A stretch of 64,000 bases of DNA from positions 248,001-312,000 of the forward strand of contig NGBS01000003.1 of the NCBI GenBank assembly GCA_002245135.1, given 5' to 3'. Below the pieces are notes generated by a model. It saw only the letters and a list, made by a program, of their open reading frames with translations. It was not told the DNA's origin and ran no database searches. The translations under genes and the position numbers were made by a program. Positions 1-12,953 of the stretch are shown here, in pieces. Position 1 is the first letter of the stretch. Each line of letters starts with the position of its first letter. This DNA comes from Proteromonas lacertae (lineage: Eukaryota).

Positions 1-1254
1 ATATATAAAGTTATAAAAAATATATGATATACGTTTCAATTGAGCATAAGATATATTATGTTTCAATGGTGTAATAGCTTCATCAATCTCACGACTGGAT
101 AAACAAATAACTGGAGCTCTATGCTCTACAAATGGCGAACAATTGAGTGGAGGATTTAAAAATTCACATTTCTTTAAATCATCTATTTTCCATCTTTTAT
201 TAGGATCTTTCTCCAATAATCCTTTGATTAATTCTTTCAAATTGTTATCAATTGGTTCAGGGAATTGAACTTCATCATTCATTATTGAATTAAATAAAGT
301 AGTCACATTCAAAGAAAAGAAAGGTAAAACACTGTAATGTAATATATAAATAGTAACACCAAAAGCCCAAAGATCAGTATAATAACCTGTATAACCATTA
401 CCACTCAACATTTCTGGTGCATAAAAGTATAAAGTCCCTTCACTGTCTGTTAATGAATTGTGTGAATCTTCATTGGATTTGAACAAATGTGCTACACCAT
501 AATCAGCCAATAGGAATTGATTGGATTGTGATTGGAGAATATTTTCTGGTTTTATGTCTCTATGAACGATTCTGTTTTTGTGTAAGTATTCTAATGCACT
601 TGTGATGTCTTTTACTATTCGGTATATTGCTGTGTCGGTTAAACCACTTTGGTCTGATAGTAATATTGGATCATGAGCTTCATATTTGAGTATATTGCCA
701 TTCCAAGTCATTATTGCACCTTTTTCTATATATTGTATTACCATATATCTATATATGATTAATATAATATAATAAAACAATACAAATGAGAAGAATCATC
801 TGAATCTATTATTTTTATCAATCTAGCGATATGAGGATGTGATAGTCGTTTCATTATTGCTATTTCTTCTTGTATCTATCGGAAAATAATGAATAATTTG
901 ATAATATACTTTATTCATAGCTGTTTCCATAACCATCTTGCCATTTACTTTTTTGAATTGTCTTGCACGTTTTAATTTAGATTTATCAATAGCCTAAAAT
1001 ATGTATTTATAGGAATTAATACTTTTATCGCATATTGTTCGTTATTAGCGTCATGTGATATATAGACTGTAGAATAAGCACCTTCGCCTAAAATTCCTGT
1101 GATTGTGTACCTATTTAAATATTCAGAACTGATAATACTCATTGACAGTTATGATATCCCCATCATCACCCTCTTCTTCATCGCATACAGATGATTTTGG
1201 AATACTATATTCTGAGGAAAGCTTATGCTGAGATGGACTTATTTCCTCATTCAT
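1..1254 (-). CDS. Ser/Thr protein kinase, CaMKK-like; multi-exon, 3' end runs off the window
   Basis: Spliced minus-strand translation gives GILGEGAYSTV, IVHRDIKPENIL, LADYGVAH, EGTLYFYAPE and TDLWAFGVTIY; ATG at 1254. Confidence 0.85.
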
Positions 1255-1397
1255 TCAGTCCGCTTAAATTCGAAAAAAACAGAAAACGACAAATTTTTGC
1301 TTGATGAATAAATTACTCAACTACATTATGTGAAAGAAAAAACAATACAAAAAATATAACAAACAATAGTATTTCGATAAGGAAAAATATTAAACAA

Positions 1398-4300
1398 TCA
1401 AAATCTATGGCCACAATTATCACAAAATTTCGCAAGGAATCGATTGGGACCTGAACATTCTGGACATATTTTTGATCTGTTTGCTACACTTTTACTATTT
1501 TCATCCACAATTGCCTTGAGTGGAGTAGAATCAGGTATAAAACTGGGAGTAGTCTTTAAAAGCTTAGTAACAACAGAAGTTTCTTCAACAACTGGCGAAT
1601 TCTTCCTTTTTACCTTCATTTCTTCTTTCACTTGTTTTATAATACTTATCTTTTGATTATCTTCATCATCATCACTTGAATGTTCATCTTCAATATCCAC
1701 TATATCTTCATGTTTTGATTTTTTCTTCTTTTCTTCCTTTGGAGGCATAATTGAAGGTCTAGTCTGTCTAGGTTGTGATGAAAATCCATAATTATTTTCA
1801 CTTTTCAATTTATTTTCAATATTCATTTCCTTTGAAAAATTAGATATATTCATCTGTTTATTTGTTTCATTCTTAATTGGTACATAATCACTGAGTGGAG
1901 TGACACTAGAACTATCATTTCCACTTTCATTACTTTCACTGATTGTATATTTCAATTCTTTCAATGATTTCATTTCATCTGTTTCATCACCTTCATCAGA
2001 TTTGGCTGATAACAATAAACCTTCATTATTCATATTCTTATTCTTCTTTTCTTCTTCACCATCCTGACCATTATCATCTTTTTCTTGTTTTTTCTTTAAA
2101 GTTTCTAATATTTCATCAATTGCTAAGGAAGATACTCTTAAACCATATATTTTACTATCATCTGTTGTAATTCTTACAATTTTCAACCTTTGATCAGATT
2201 TTGCTAATTTCTGTTGTCTTCTATTTCCCATATCATCTAATTTCTTTGATACAGTTTCCCAAATTGGTAAGATATTTCCTGCTAACACATGAATTGATCT
2301 GATTCTCTTTCCTTTTTGGCATTTATCACCTAATAAACACTTTCCATTGTGTAAACACACTCTACCAGATTTTTCATAGTTTGATTTCCAAGCTTTTTCT
2401 ACTATAGAAACTGCTGATAATTGATATTTGTCTAACAAATCCTCTTCACTCATTGGTTTTGCACCATAACCACTGTTTGATCGATAGACTTTGTAGATAT
2501 TACCTTTTAAATGGAATTTCTGTTTTAACAGTATAACTTCATCACTCTTTTGATCTGGATAAGGTTCTGCATAAATGTAATGATCATAACCAAACCAACT
2601 CTTTTTAGATTTATAAAAACTATACATTATGATATAATAATGATTTATACCTTCCATTTTTATTCTTTTCTTTTAATGCTTCTGCTTCATCCCAAGGCAT
2701 CCCAGTGTTTATTTCATACACATAATGATATGTTATACTGTTGGTTCTTTTATCATTGAAAACAATATTCTTATCTTTTAAAGTGATATTTTTACCTTGA
2801 ATATCTGATATACCATCATCAAAAGTTCCACTTTTCTTTTTCTGATCTGTATAATATTCTAATAACTATTCATATAAATATAAATATAAATATATACATC
2901 AGTGAAAAAATTGACAATAACATTCTGTTTTTCAACTTCTAAACACAGTAATCTATTCAAAAACTTATCCATAGCATTTGTTCTTGAAGTTCTCTTCTTA
3001 TGTGATTTAGGGAATATATCAGGAACTCCATCTTTAAACAGTGTAATATCCTCTAGCCATTCTTCCATTTGAGAGATTGTTGAACCATACGAACTATCAG
3101 GTAAATAAGTACTTTCAGTTATTCGAATTTTGATTGGACAATCAATTTTTCGAGCTTTGTCTTTTAGTTTTATGATTCTTGTTAATTCTAATAAAGCTTC
3201 ATTTCCTAATGAATAATCAACTGTAAAAGCATCTAACTGAAATGCATTATTAGCTAATCTATCGCCTTGAGTAATTGCACCTAGTACTTTTAATCGATTT
3301 CCTACTGCTGCAGCAAATCGTTTTTCACCACCAATATCAGTTAATACGAATTTATATTCAGGAGCTGTTGATTGATTTGATCGATGAGTTCTACCTAACT
3401 GTTGTATAGCTTTTTCTGCACTCCAAGGTAATTCTAAAGTAATATGAACTCTTCTTCTTTGATTTCGAACTCTTTTATCAGCTTGTAATGATATTCCACT
3501 TGAAGCAGCTTCAGATATTATCGCAACCTATTATAAGGATATATATAATTCAAAAAATACAAGTTTTTTACCGCTTAAAAATAGGTCCTTTTCAGCTAAA
3601 TTAACTTCATCCAATGAACATTCTTTATCACTTTCACTTCCACTTCTTCGAAGATCTTTATTCCTTTTCTGCATAGTTATTGCTTCACTTATACTACCAT
3701 CACTATTTATCACTTTCGTTCGAACTAAATGAATTGCTCTTCCTGTCATTTCAGCTACTTTTGATGGACCTCCCAATTTATCGATTAATTCATCTAAAGG
3801 ATTTGGAGGTAATTTCATTTGTTCTACCATCTTCTTTAGTTCATTCTAATTCAATTATATTATAATATATTATATAATACCTTTTTAGCTATTAATTTAT
3901 CATATACTTCTCTCAATTCTTCATCATATTTCTTTCGCTTTTCTTCTTCTTCTTTTCGTTTTCTCTCAGCTTCTTCAGCTTCAGCTTTCTGAATTGGATC
4001 ACAAATATTACAATACCATTTACTATTAGGAATACTACTTAATGGAGGATTTAAACAATAGATATGACAACCTCGTTTCAAACATCTATCACATATCAAC
4101 AATTGAGCATCATTTTCATCTATATTACATTCATAACATAATATCTCACTCAATTCATCAGAGGATAATCCAGAATCTTTATCATTATCTTCATCACTTC
4201 CACCATCAAATACATGATCAAAATCATCATCAGAATTCGTATCTTCATCTGTATCAGCTTCAATGAAATTTGCTAATTTTATATTCTTATTTCGTTTTAC

Positions 4301-6077
4301 TGTTGGTCTTGGATTTTCAGCTCTTTCTTTTTCAATTCTTTCGATTATTTGTTGTCTTCTTTCTTCTTTCACTGATTCTGGTGTTGGTGGTAATGGAAAA
4401 GCTTTATCTATCAATTCAGTTAAGATACCTTGAGGAGCAGATATAAATTCAGTTACTGTCGCTTGTTCACTCATTGCAGCTTTGGTTCTAGCTTCACCTG
4501 TGCTTTGTAAGCCAATTACTACACTTTTACCATTCTTTAATTCTTTCATCGCTAAATCAATCACAGTTGGTACTTTTAAAGCAATACACATAAATCGAAA
4601 GAATCTTTGACAACAACCCCAAAAGTAACACCAAACTCGATTTAATTCAATTGAACTCTCTTCTTCAAATTCACCTATACTAAATGCAACATCATCATCA
4701 TCATCATGAGGAGAAGATGTATTATTGTCAGTATTTTGAGAATATTTCATTGATATCTATTTAAAATTATAAATAAATAATATATTAATAAATATACATC
4801 ATATGCTTGAGAAAATTCTCTTCTCAATTTTCGCCAAAATCGTACAGATTCATCATAAATTTCTCTCAGTTCTTTTGTATCAGCTAATACGCATTCAAAT
4901 GAAGCACCTTCATAACTTAACTGTCTTGAAACATATAATCCTAAATGTTTCAATTCCATTGCAAAGAATTCTAAAGCTCCAATTCCTCGTTGTTCTACTG
5001 TCTTTAAAAATGTTGGGAAATTAGTAAATGGAGTATTTGAACCCCATAACCCTAACCGACTCATATAACATAAGTTCTTTAATTCAGATACACCTGTTGC
5101 TGAACAATATACTACTTTTGCATGAGGTAATTTCATTTGTAAATCAATCACAGCTTTTGCTGTTTTAGAGGATTGACCTTTGCTATTTATTGATAAATTC
5201 TTAGCTCTATGACATTCATCAAACACTATTACACCTTCGAATTTATCACCTCCACCACACCAATTCAAGATTTGATAAAATCGAGATTCATTATAGTTAT
5301 TTCGACCATTTTGACGAGTAGAGATTAAGTTGTTATAAGTACAATATAATACTCCATCTCCATAATTATTATCTTTCTCTAAACTTCCATATTTCGCTTT
5401 TGCCAATGAATAGATATTTATTTCATTAAAATGAATATCTTTCAAATCTCGAGTTGAATCATACAATAAATCATTACTCACTGAAAACCAAATATGACGA
5501 TTATTACCTCGTAAATATTGTTCTGCAATGATGGCTGAGACTTGTCTTCCTTTACCAACACCTGCACCATCACCAATAAAGAAACCACGACGATATTTAC
5601 CATCAATCGTTTCTTCATGACATTGAGTAGCATAATATACACTTTCCAATTGCAAATTTGATAAAAGGCCAGTTTCGATTATTTCTGGTCGTTTTTCAAT
5701 AAGTTTTAGTTTTATATTAATCTCTGGAGGATCAACTTGAGATAAGGAATAACTTTCTATTATTGGATCTGGATGACAATAACCTTCACTTACTCTTTTG
5801 GGTGTGTAATTATTAAAGGTTTTCGGCTGAGGCATTTCACCATAATCACTCTCTCCTAATTCCATCATTCCTTCATCTTCATCTTTTTGATACAATAACA
5901 ACTATTTATTATTATTATTATTATATACATTATCTTCATTATTTAGATATTCTAGATTTTCTTTGGGCCTTATAGATCGAGATTGGATTGGTCTTAGATT
6001 AGCATAATTATTTGGATAGATTGTCAATCCAGAGTTTATTATTGGATATGCTACATTAATATTATATATCTATTAAA

Positions 6078-6115
<38 letters not shown>

Positions 6116-6680
6116 TTCACCTGTATAATTATAAACATAATTATTTACTTCAATATTCGTTGGACAGTTTATGCAAAGTGTTACTTTTTGACCAAATAAC
6201 TTCCAGTCGATTTTTAGTTTTTCTATTCCATTTGGATGTGGACGAAATAACAACATGTCATTTGGAGGGACATTTTGATAACAGAAATTAGACATCCAAT
6301 GTAAACATAACTCATTACTACTACAATTACAACCAAAACCAATTAAACTACGACCAAAGGTTGACACTACGATATCATTACTGTAAATTGCTTTACCTCC
6401 ACTATTTGTTATATTGTTTCGAACTTTCACTAGATTGTTCCTTATATCACTACCTAAAACAAATTAACCAAAACAACATACTTAAAAAACCCAATGTTGT
6501 TACCAAATTAGCTTTATACATCTCCGATACATTATTCATGTCTTTAGCAAAAGAAGACTTTAAAACAGTAAAAACGTCATAAGGCTTTGTCCTTTTCAAA
6601 GAAATTTGAACAAATATATTTCGAACATCGGCTACATAGAAATAGCCATTGATTGAATTATTCAATGACATATTATTCAA
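1398..6680 (-). CDS. SBNO: Strawberry notch (SBNO/FORGETTER1-like) helicase-like protein with PHD finger and C-terminal zinc ribbon; multi-exon
   Basis: [66 protein letters not shown]...CDRC...HIYC...WYCNIC, terminal CPEC..FCDNCG. ORF pieces join through ~30-nt introns; the two 5'-most exons (5.9-6.7 kb) are less certain. Confidence 0.9.
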
Positions 6681-6837
6681 TCAAAAGAAAAAGAGGGAAT
6701 GGCGGCAAACATGTTTGTTGTGTATATTAATTTTAATTCTCATTTAAATTAAGCCTCATAAAATGTTTGACAGAATCAAACTTATTCTATTCACAAAAAA
6801 CATTCACTAATTAATGATTATTTATTATTTACAGTTA

Positions 6838-7404
6838 TTAAACATTTGGAAGAGGAGGATAAAGTGGAATTCTACCTATTTCATATTTATTTACATTATA
6901 TTCAGCTTTATTTATTCCTTCTTCTTTAAAATAACTATTTTCTATATTCACTATTGCATTATCTTCATAATCATCTTCACTAAATATCTGAGGAATGTTC
7001 ATATCATTTGAATTAAATTGATTCGAATTACTGGATTGAGAAAAAGTAGGAAATGCCGATATGCTATTGTTTGATGTAGGAAATGCACTAGTAGGAAATA
7101 CCGATGTATTAGACACATTATTAGTTGGAAAAGCAGTACTATTGGATGTTGGAAAGGGATTTGTAGAATTAGAAGTACCAAAGGGATTAGAAAAATTGTT
7201 AGAGGATTGATTAAACATAGAATTGGATGTTGTTGGAATATTTGAATTTGTATTTTGATTTATTGTAGGAAAAGATGAAAATGTGGATGGGTTTGTATTT
7301 AATGTTCCAAATCCTGAAGAATTAAATAAAGAGTTACCGCTATTTGATTGTTGTGGGAATATGCTCTGTTGTGAATTTGATTGTTGAGAAAAAAAATTAT
7401 TCAT
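6838..7404 (-). CDS. Low-complexity F/S/N-rich nucleoporin-like protein (NUP42/CG1-like C-terminus)
   Basis: Repeated NPFG/FPT/SLF motifs; C-terminal YEIGRIPLYPP resembles the Nup42 Gle1-binding tail. Confidence 0.55.
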   Translation of the reverse strand: MNNFFSQQSNSQQSIFPQQSNSGNSLFNSSGFGTLNTNPSTFSSFPTINQNTNSNIPTTSNSMFNQSSNNFSNPFGTSNSTNPFPTSNSTAFPTNNVSNTSVFPTSAFPTSNNSISAFPTFSQSSNSNQFNSNDMNIPQIFSEDDYEDNAIVNIENSYFKEEGINKAEYNVNKYEIGRIPLYPPLPNV

Positions 7405-7532
7405 TTTGTCCCAAATGCATTTGAAATATATTCGTTTCTTATTACTTTATTGATTAAAATACACAACAGAACTTCAGAAATTAATGAAACCAATCAATGT
7501 TCTTGAATTATGCTCTTGTTTAAACCTGTAAT

Positions 7533-7777
7533 TCAAGATAAATTCTATAAACAAGTATAATAATGATGTGATATATTTACAATAGAAAGTGTTAGATAAT
7601 CCATTAGAAAATAGTGATATATATGGTATAAAAGACAGTGAAAAGAGTTATCATGCTCCTCCTGACTTAAATCCTCAAAGTTTCGGATACAGACCAGGTG
7701 AAGGAGGTCATCACTTTGATGCACTTATATTATCCGTTAAAAAGCCAAAACAGAAGAAATTGCCTGCTGAACCAGAT
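7533..7777 (+). repeat. 245-bp direct repeat, copy 1 (duplicated internal fragment of the gene at 23583-24712, intron included)
   Basis: Matches 23804-24048 with 2 substitutions found; retains intron GTATAATAATGATGTGATATATTTACAATAG. Confidence 0.95.
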
Positions 7778-7911
7778 AAAAATATAACATTATTTTTGAA
7801 ACTGAACATTGTTGTGAATTGAGAAAATACAAGTATATAAATCAAGAAAACTTGATGTTTTACTAGAAAATACAAATATAATGTATTAAATTGTTTATAT
7901 CCTTCACCTGA

Positions 7912-8767
7912 ATGAATTTTTCAAATAGTATATAAATCAAAATAAACCTTGTCAGTCTATATTTATTTACTTTTTATTTCTGTTTCTGTTTTATTTATAT
8001 ATTACTTATGTTATTGTAGAAAAACAGATAGTATTTTGTATAATAGAATTAATTTATTAACTGTATTATTTGCTTGTGATAGAAGTGAATTATTAAATAG
8101 AACAATAATTTCGTTTTATTCACATATTAATAAATTTGAAAGAAACATTAATATTGATTTTCACTTTGTTGATTCTGGAACACCAGATAGATTGGACTAT
8201 ATTGAAAAATATGGTATAAAGAATGTATTTTATATGAATCCTAATAATCCAGAGTATTCTTATGGTATGTTTTGGAGTTATTTGCATGGGAAATATGTTC
8301 TATTTTTAGAGGATGATAGGCCTTTTATTAAAAACATTGAAAAGCAGATTTTCTATCCAAATTATATAGAAGAAGCAATTCTAATACTCAGCAAAACTGA
8401 TGAAGTAAAAGGAATAATATTGAAACAAGATAGAGAAGGTAAATCAATAAAAAGAAATATAAAAACATATATTGGAAATCATACATTATGTATTGTTACT
8501 GAACCACCTATAGGTTTCTTTTATACAAATGGTCCTGCAGTATATAGAATTGATCATTTACTGAAAGCTGGATTATTTATATCCGAGGCAGAAATGGCTG
8601 TACAGTTTGGTAAGATGAAATGGTATACTGGATTTACTTACAAAGGATTGTATTGTAATAATAGTGGTATATATACAACAACATGTCAAGGTGTATCATG
8701 TGATCTTGGTGCTTTAAATTCTTCTCAAGATAGAAATAGAAAAATATGTAGAAATTCTTTGTATTAG
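7912..8767 (+). CDS. GT-A fold (GT2-like) glycosyltransferase with N-terminal signal anchor
   Basis: ATG 7912 joins the ORF through a 28-nt intron (7928-7955); LFACDRSELLNRTI, FHFVDSG and YVLFLEDD motifs. Confidence 0.7.
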
Positions 8768-8784
8768 TAAAATGTATTTTATTT

Positions 8785-9669
8785 ATGATGATATATTTTA
8801 TTTTACTCATTATACTTCCAAGTTTAATTTTAATAATATATAAGTTTAAATTATATTCAGATTATCATCAATACTTGTTTGTTACTTCATATTTTCAAAT
8901 TGAGAATTATGGAAAACATAGTATGAGACATTATAAAAGATGGATTAATAATTTTTTCAGTTATATAAATGATTCTTTAGTTATATTTACAGATAATAAC
9001 AGATCTTCTAAATCGTTTGTTCCTTCATTTGTAAAAGCCTATAAATATGAATATAAGTCAATATGGGATGTTCCATGTATTAAAAAATACAAAGGAGACT
9101 ATAAAAAACAACATCAAATTGATCCAGTAGGTTATCTTCATAATCCTGATGTTTATGCAATATGGAATTGTAAAATATGCTTTTTGAAAATTGCAACTAA
9201 TGATATACCAAGTAAACTATATATATGGATTGATATTGGAACGTTTAGAGATCCAACTCCATTTAATTCTCTCCCATCCTTAAAAGCTATGAATATTTTC
9301 TACAATTTCAATTCATTGTTCTTTTTTATTGTGATAAATCAAACATTTGAATTGAAGAATAAAACAGTGTTGGAAGAAAAAGATTGGATTGAAGGAGGTA
9401 CTTTCGGTGGTAATAAACAATCAATTCATCGCTATTATAATGAATATTGGAAATGGCATGATTATTTTATGTCTAGAAACAAATTTGTAGGTAAAGATCA
9501 AGTATTATACAACACAATAGCTTTACATGTATTAAATGTAACATTGATAAGAGTTCATGATTTAAATATGTGTATGGGAAATGATTGGTGGAAATATCAA
9601 TGCTTTTATGCTGGAATTAATTTAGAGTTGTTGAAAAGAGCAGATATTAATAATTACTTAGTTAAATAG
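8785..9669 (+). CDS. HtrL/YibB (WlaTC-like) family putative glycosyltransferase, paralog A
   Basis: Intronless; signal anchor; FVTSYF, LVIFTD, IWNCKICF, YIWIDIG, IEGGTFGG, FVGKDQ. Confidence 0.75.
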   Translation: MMIYFILLIILPSLILIIYKFKLYSDYHQYLFVTSYFQIENYGKHSMRHYKRWINNFFSYINDSLVIFTDNNRSSKSFVPSFVKAYKYEYKSIWDVPCIKKYKGDYKKQHQIDPVGYLHNPDVYAIWNCKICFLKIATNDIPSKLYIWIDIGTFRDPTPFNSLPSLKAMNIFYNFNSLFFFIVINQTFELKNKTVLEEKDWIEGGTFGGNKQSIHRYYNEYWKWHDYFMSRNKFVGKDQVLYNTIALHVLNVTLIRVHDLNMCMGNDWWKYQCFYAGINLELLKRADINNYLVK

Positions 9670-9689
9670 TAATACTTATTATAGTGTTA

Positions 9690-11057
9690 ATGAGTGTGTA
9701 TATTATATATAATAGAAGATTCTATATATTATTATTATCAATATTTATTTTATTATGCTGTACAATGTATTATAAAAATAGTAATATTTCTTCTGTAAAA
9801 TGTGTTGGTAGCAAATATAATAGAACATGTATATATAATAATATATATTATAACAAGGGCGAATGGATACTAATAGATGTGTCAAAAAATAAGATTAAGT
9901 GTGTTGGAGTAAGGAGTAGAAGTAGTCATGTTTGTTTCAAACCTAAAGTTAGACAAAAACCCATGAAATATAATCAAATAATTGAAGGATTATCAACATA
10001 TGTTAGTTTTTTCTATACTGGAAATATTGGTCATATATTATGGGATGACTTATATTCAATGTATTTATCACTTTTAAAATTCAATTATAAAATGGATCCT
10101 TTTAACATTATTGTGTCAAAATTAGATTCAGAATGGAGAAATAACAATAATACAAGAATTCTTGAAATTTTCTCAATGAATAAACTAATATATGAGAATG
10201 ATTTTAAAAATGATGTACTTCTTATTAAAAAGCTAATTGTTGGATTAGCTCATCACTGCCAAAGATGTGTTAATAAAGAGTATTCAATTGCAGGAGGAAA
10301 AGAACATAAAGCAACATGGTGGATGAGAAAGAGGATGTATTATACATATAACATAACAAAATGTGAAAATAGATATGGTATTATAATAGATAATAAAAGA
10401 TATACAAATGATGAAAAAATAGTTTTAAAAAATGTTGCAAAAGAATATAAAAATAGATTAAGAATTGAATATATCGATTGGAGAAATTACACTGATTTTC
10501 ACCAGCAATTGAAAATATTAAGTTGTACTAGTATTTATGTTTCTGAACCTGGAACTGGTTTGTTAAATTTTCCATTTATATCAGATCCAGGCGTTATAAT
10601 TAATTTAGGTACATTGTTTAGAGGATGCCCTTCTTTTATGGAACAGTATATCGAAGAAGGTTCTATGCATTTTATTTCACTCTATTATCCATCAAATAAA
10701 AGAAAATATGGATTAAATAATAGTGAAATCAAGTTATTAATTGATAAAGCAACTAATATTTTAAATAATTGGAAGTTGCACAAATCACTTCACACAAGTA
10801 ATTTGAATGTAGAAGGCGAAATATTTAGAAGTATCTCAAAGAAGCATCCTATTTTAATGGATAAGTTTCTGTATAACACAGATTGGGCAAGGGATATTGG
10901 ATTTGGTGTATGGGCTGAAAAACTAATCTATTATCCCAATTGTTATAATCAACATTATATTGTAGATGTAGTTGTAAATGAAACTGCTTATTATAAAAAT
11001 GAACTAGGATGCGAAATTAACTTTTCGAATGATTCATGTTTGATGAAGGAAAGCTGA
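9690..11057 (+). CDS. GT61-like glycosyltransferase
   Basis: Intronless; signal anchor; GNIGHILWDD and QQLKILSCTSIYVSEPGTGLLNFPF resemble GT61 motifs. Confidence 0.65.
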   Translation: MSVYIIYNRRFYILLLSIFILLCCTMYYKNSNISSVKCVGSKYNRTCIYNNIYYNKGEWILIDVSKNKIKCVGVRSRSSHVCFKPKVRQKPMKYNQIIEGLSTYVSFFYTGNIGHILWDDLYSMYLSLLKFNYKMDPFNIIVSKLDSEWRNNNNTRILEIFSMNKLIYENDFKNDVLLIKKLIVGLAHHCQRCVNKEYSIAGGKEHKATWWMRKRMYYTYNITKCENRYGIIIDNKRYTNDEKIVLKNVAKEYKNRLRIEYIDWRNYTDFHQQLKILSCTSIYVSEPGTGLLNFPFISDPGVIINLGTLFRGCPSFMEQYIEEGSMHFISLYYPSNKRKYGLNNSEIKLLIDKATNILNNWKLHKSLHTSNLNVEGEIFRSISKKHPILMDKFLYNTDWARDIGFGVWAEKLIYYPNCYNQHYIVDVVVNETAYYKNELGCEINFSNDSCLMKES

Positions 11058-11101
11058 TTCTTTAATAAAATACTAAAATTTCATTCAATAAAATACTATA
11101 G

Positions 11102-11962
11102 TTATTCGTTTAATGATGCAATTATATCAAAGAATGAAGTTGATTCATTACACTTCATTTTTTCTTTTATCTTATAATCATACTTTTCTAATATGTTGTA
11201 TACATCTACTTCTGAAATATTTATTTTTCTGTATGCTAGACACCATATTTCCATGTAAAAGTGTCTTATTATTTTTCTCTTTAATACTTCAATTGCTCCT
11301 TCTAACATGAATAATTCATAACCTTGAATATCTACTGATGCAAAATGAATTTTATGATTAAAATTCTTTAACACATTATCTAATGTAACAATACTAATTA
11401 TTTTTTTTTGATAATTTTGCTGTAAATTAATTAAAGAAGATCCGCCCCAATTTCCTTTTTCTACGTTGATTAATTGAGTATCATCTTTTTTTCCTAAACC
11501 AACTTTAAATAAAGTTTCATTTTTTATCCATTTTTTATTGTATAGTAATGATTTTGTTAATATATGCAGATTATTAGGAATAGGCTCAATTGATATAGTC
11601 TTTATTCCCATATTTAACATACCGAATGAACATATTCCTATATTAGCGCCAGCATCCATATAATAATCTCCATCTTTTAATCCTGGTAATAAATACCACA
11701 ATTTTTTCATTTCTTCACAATCACCCCAATCTCCTTTTTTCTTTATTTCATTAGATATATAGTCATTTTCTTTCCTAACATAGATTGAAAAATCCGGTTT
11801 ATTTTTAATTTTAACTAGTTCTAAATCTTCTATACAATCTAGACATTCAATTGACATTCCATTCCATATATGTTTATTGTTTATGTTATTGACTTTTTTG
11901 AATATGAAATAGAATAAAGTAATACAAGTAGTAATAATAACAAGAATATGATGTAATATCAT
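11102..11962 (-). CDS. FkbM-family SAM-dependent methyltransferase with signal anchor
   Basis: YMDAGANIG, SIEPIPNN, GNWGGSS, VDIQGYE; intronless. Confidence 0.85.
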   Translation of the reverse strand: MILHHILVIITTCITLFYFIFKKVNNINNKHIWNGMSIECLDCIEDLELVKIKNKPDFSIYVRKENDYISNEIKKKGDWGDCEEMKKLWYLLPGLKDGDYYMDAGANIGICSFGMLNMGIKTISIEPIPNNLHILTKSLLYNKKWIKNETLFKVGLGKKDDTQLINVEKGNWGGSSLINLQQNYQKKIISIVTLDNVLKNFNHKIHFASVDIQGYELFMLEGAIEVLKRKIIRHFYMEIWCLAYRKINISEVDVYNILEKYDYKIKEKMKCNESTSFFDIIASLNE

Positions 11963-11969
11963 AATTATA

Positions 11970-12887
11970 ATGAATTTTAATTATTATATTTTAATCCTTG
12001 TGTTTCTTATAATATTTCTTTATACAATTATTCCTCGTTCCACAAATGTGACAATCATCAAAAACGAAAAATGTGATCCTTATATTATATTTAACTCGTC
12101 ATTATATTCTACATCGGCTGGCAAAGGATTTGATGATGTATTTATTAGAAAATATTTCTTTACTTCGCTTAAGAAAGCATATGACTCTAGCGTTGATATG
12201 AAATCAATCATTATAGATGTAGGATCAAACAAAGGTGATGTAACAAGTCAATTTCATGAAATGTTTCCAAACAAAACAATTCTTTCTATTGAGCCTTTAA
12301 TTAATAACTATAATTATCAATTGAAATTGTTGAAAAATTATTCTAATATAAAGATTTATAATTATGGAATATCATACACAAATGAGATTGTAAAAATATT
12401 CACAGGTAAAGAGATAGGTTATATGTATGTGAAAGGAGAAAGTAATTCATCAGAAAAGATGGAACAGAATGTTCAGTTTATTACTATAGACTACTTCCTT
12501 AAGAATATCTGTATATAATTGTAAATATAATTAATAGATCAGTCAAATGATAATATTTATTTCTTAAAAATAGATGTAGAAGGATATGAAGATGATGTAT
12601 TGTATGGTAGTTTAAATATATTAAAAGAAAGGAAAATAAAATATATCTTTTTTGAGTACCATGATAAATGGTGCAAAACCAAACTGCTATACATTAATAA
12701 ATATCTTGAAAGATATGGATTTAATTTATATTTAATTGGCTTAAATAAATCAGTTAGAATAGTAGATGATTGTTATGAGAGTTTATCAAAAGTATTTCCT
12801 TTACACATTTTTGGATGTAATTCTTTTTATCCTAAATCAGATATTTTACATGAAGTTTATAATAATCAATTTGATAAACTATCATAA
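11970..12887 (+). CDS. FkbM-family methyltransferase with signal anchor (2 exons)
   Basis: IIDVGSNKG, SIEP; removing the 27-nt intron 12511-12537 restores LKIDVEGYE. Confidence 0.85.
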
Positions 12888-12953
12888 AACTAATAATTAC
12901 AAATTTTAATCATTTAACCCCTACTTTATTATAATTAGCATGTTCTGCTAAGG

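Noticed and set aside
7589..7822. 77-aa ORF as an independent gene
   Set aside because: Starts at GTG and is just the duplicated exon fragment of the gene at 23583 running into unrelated sequence
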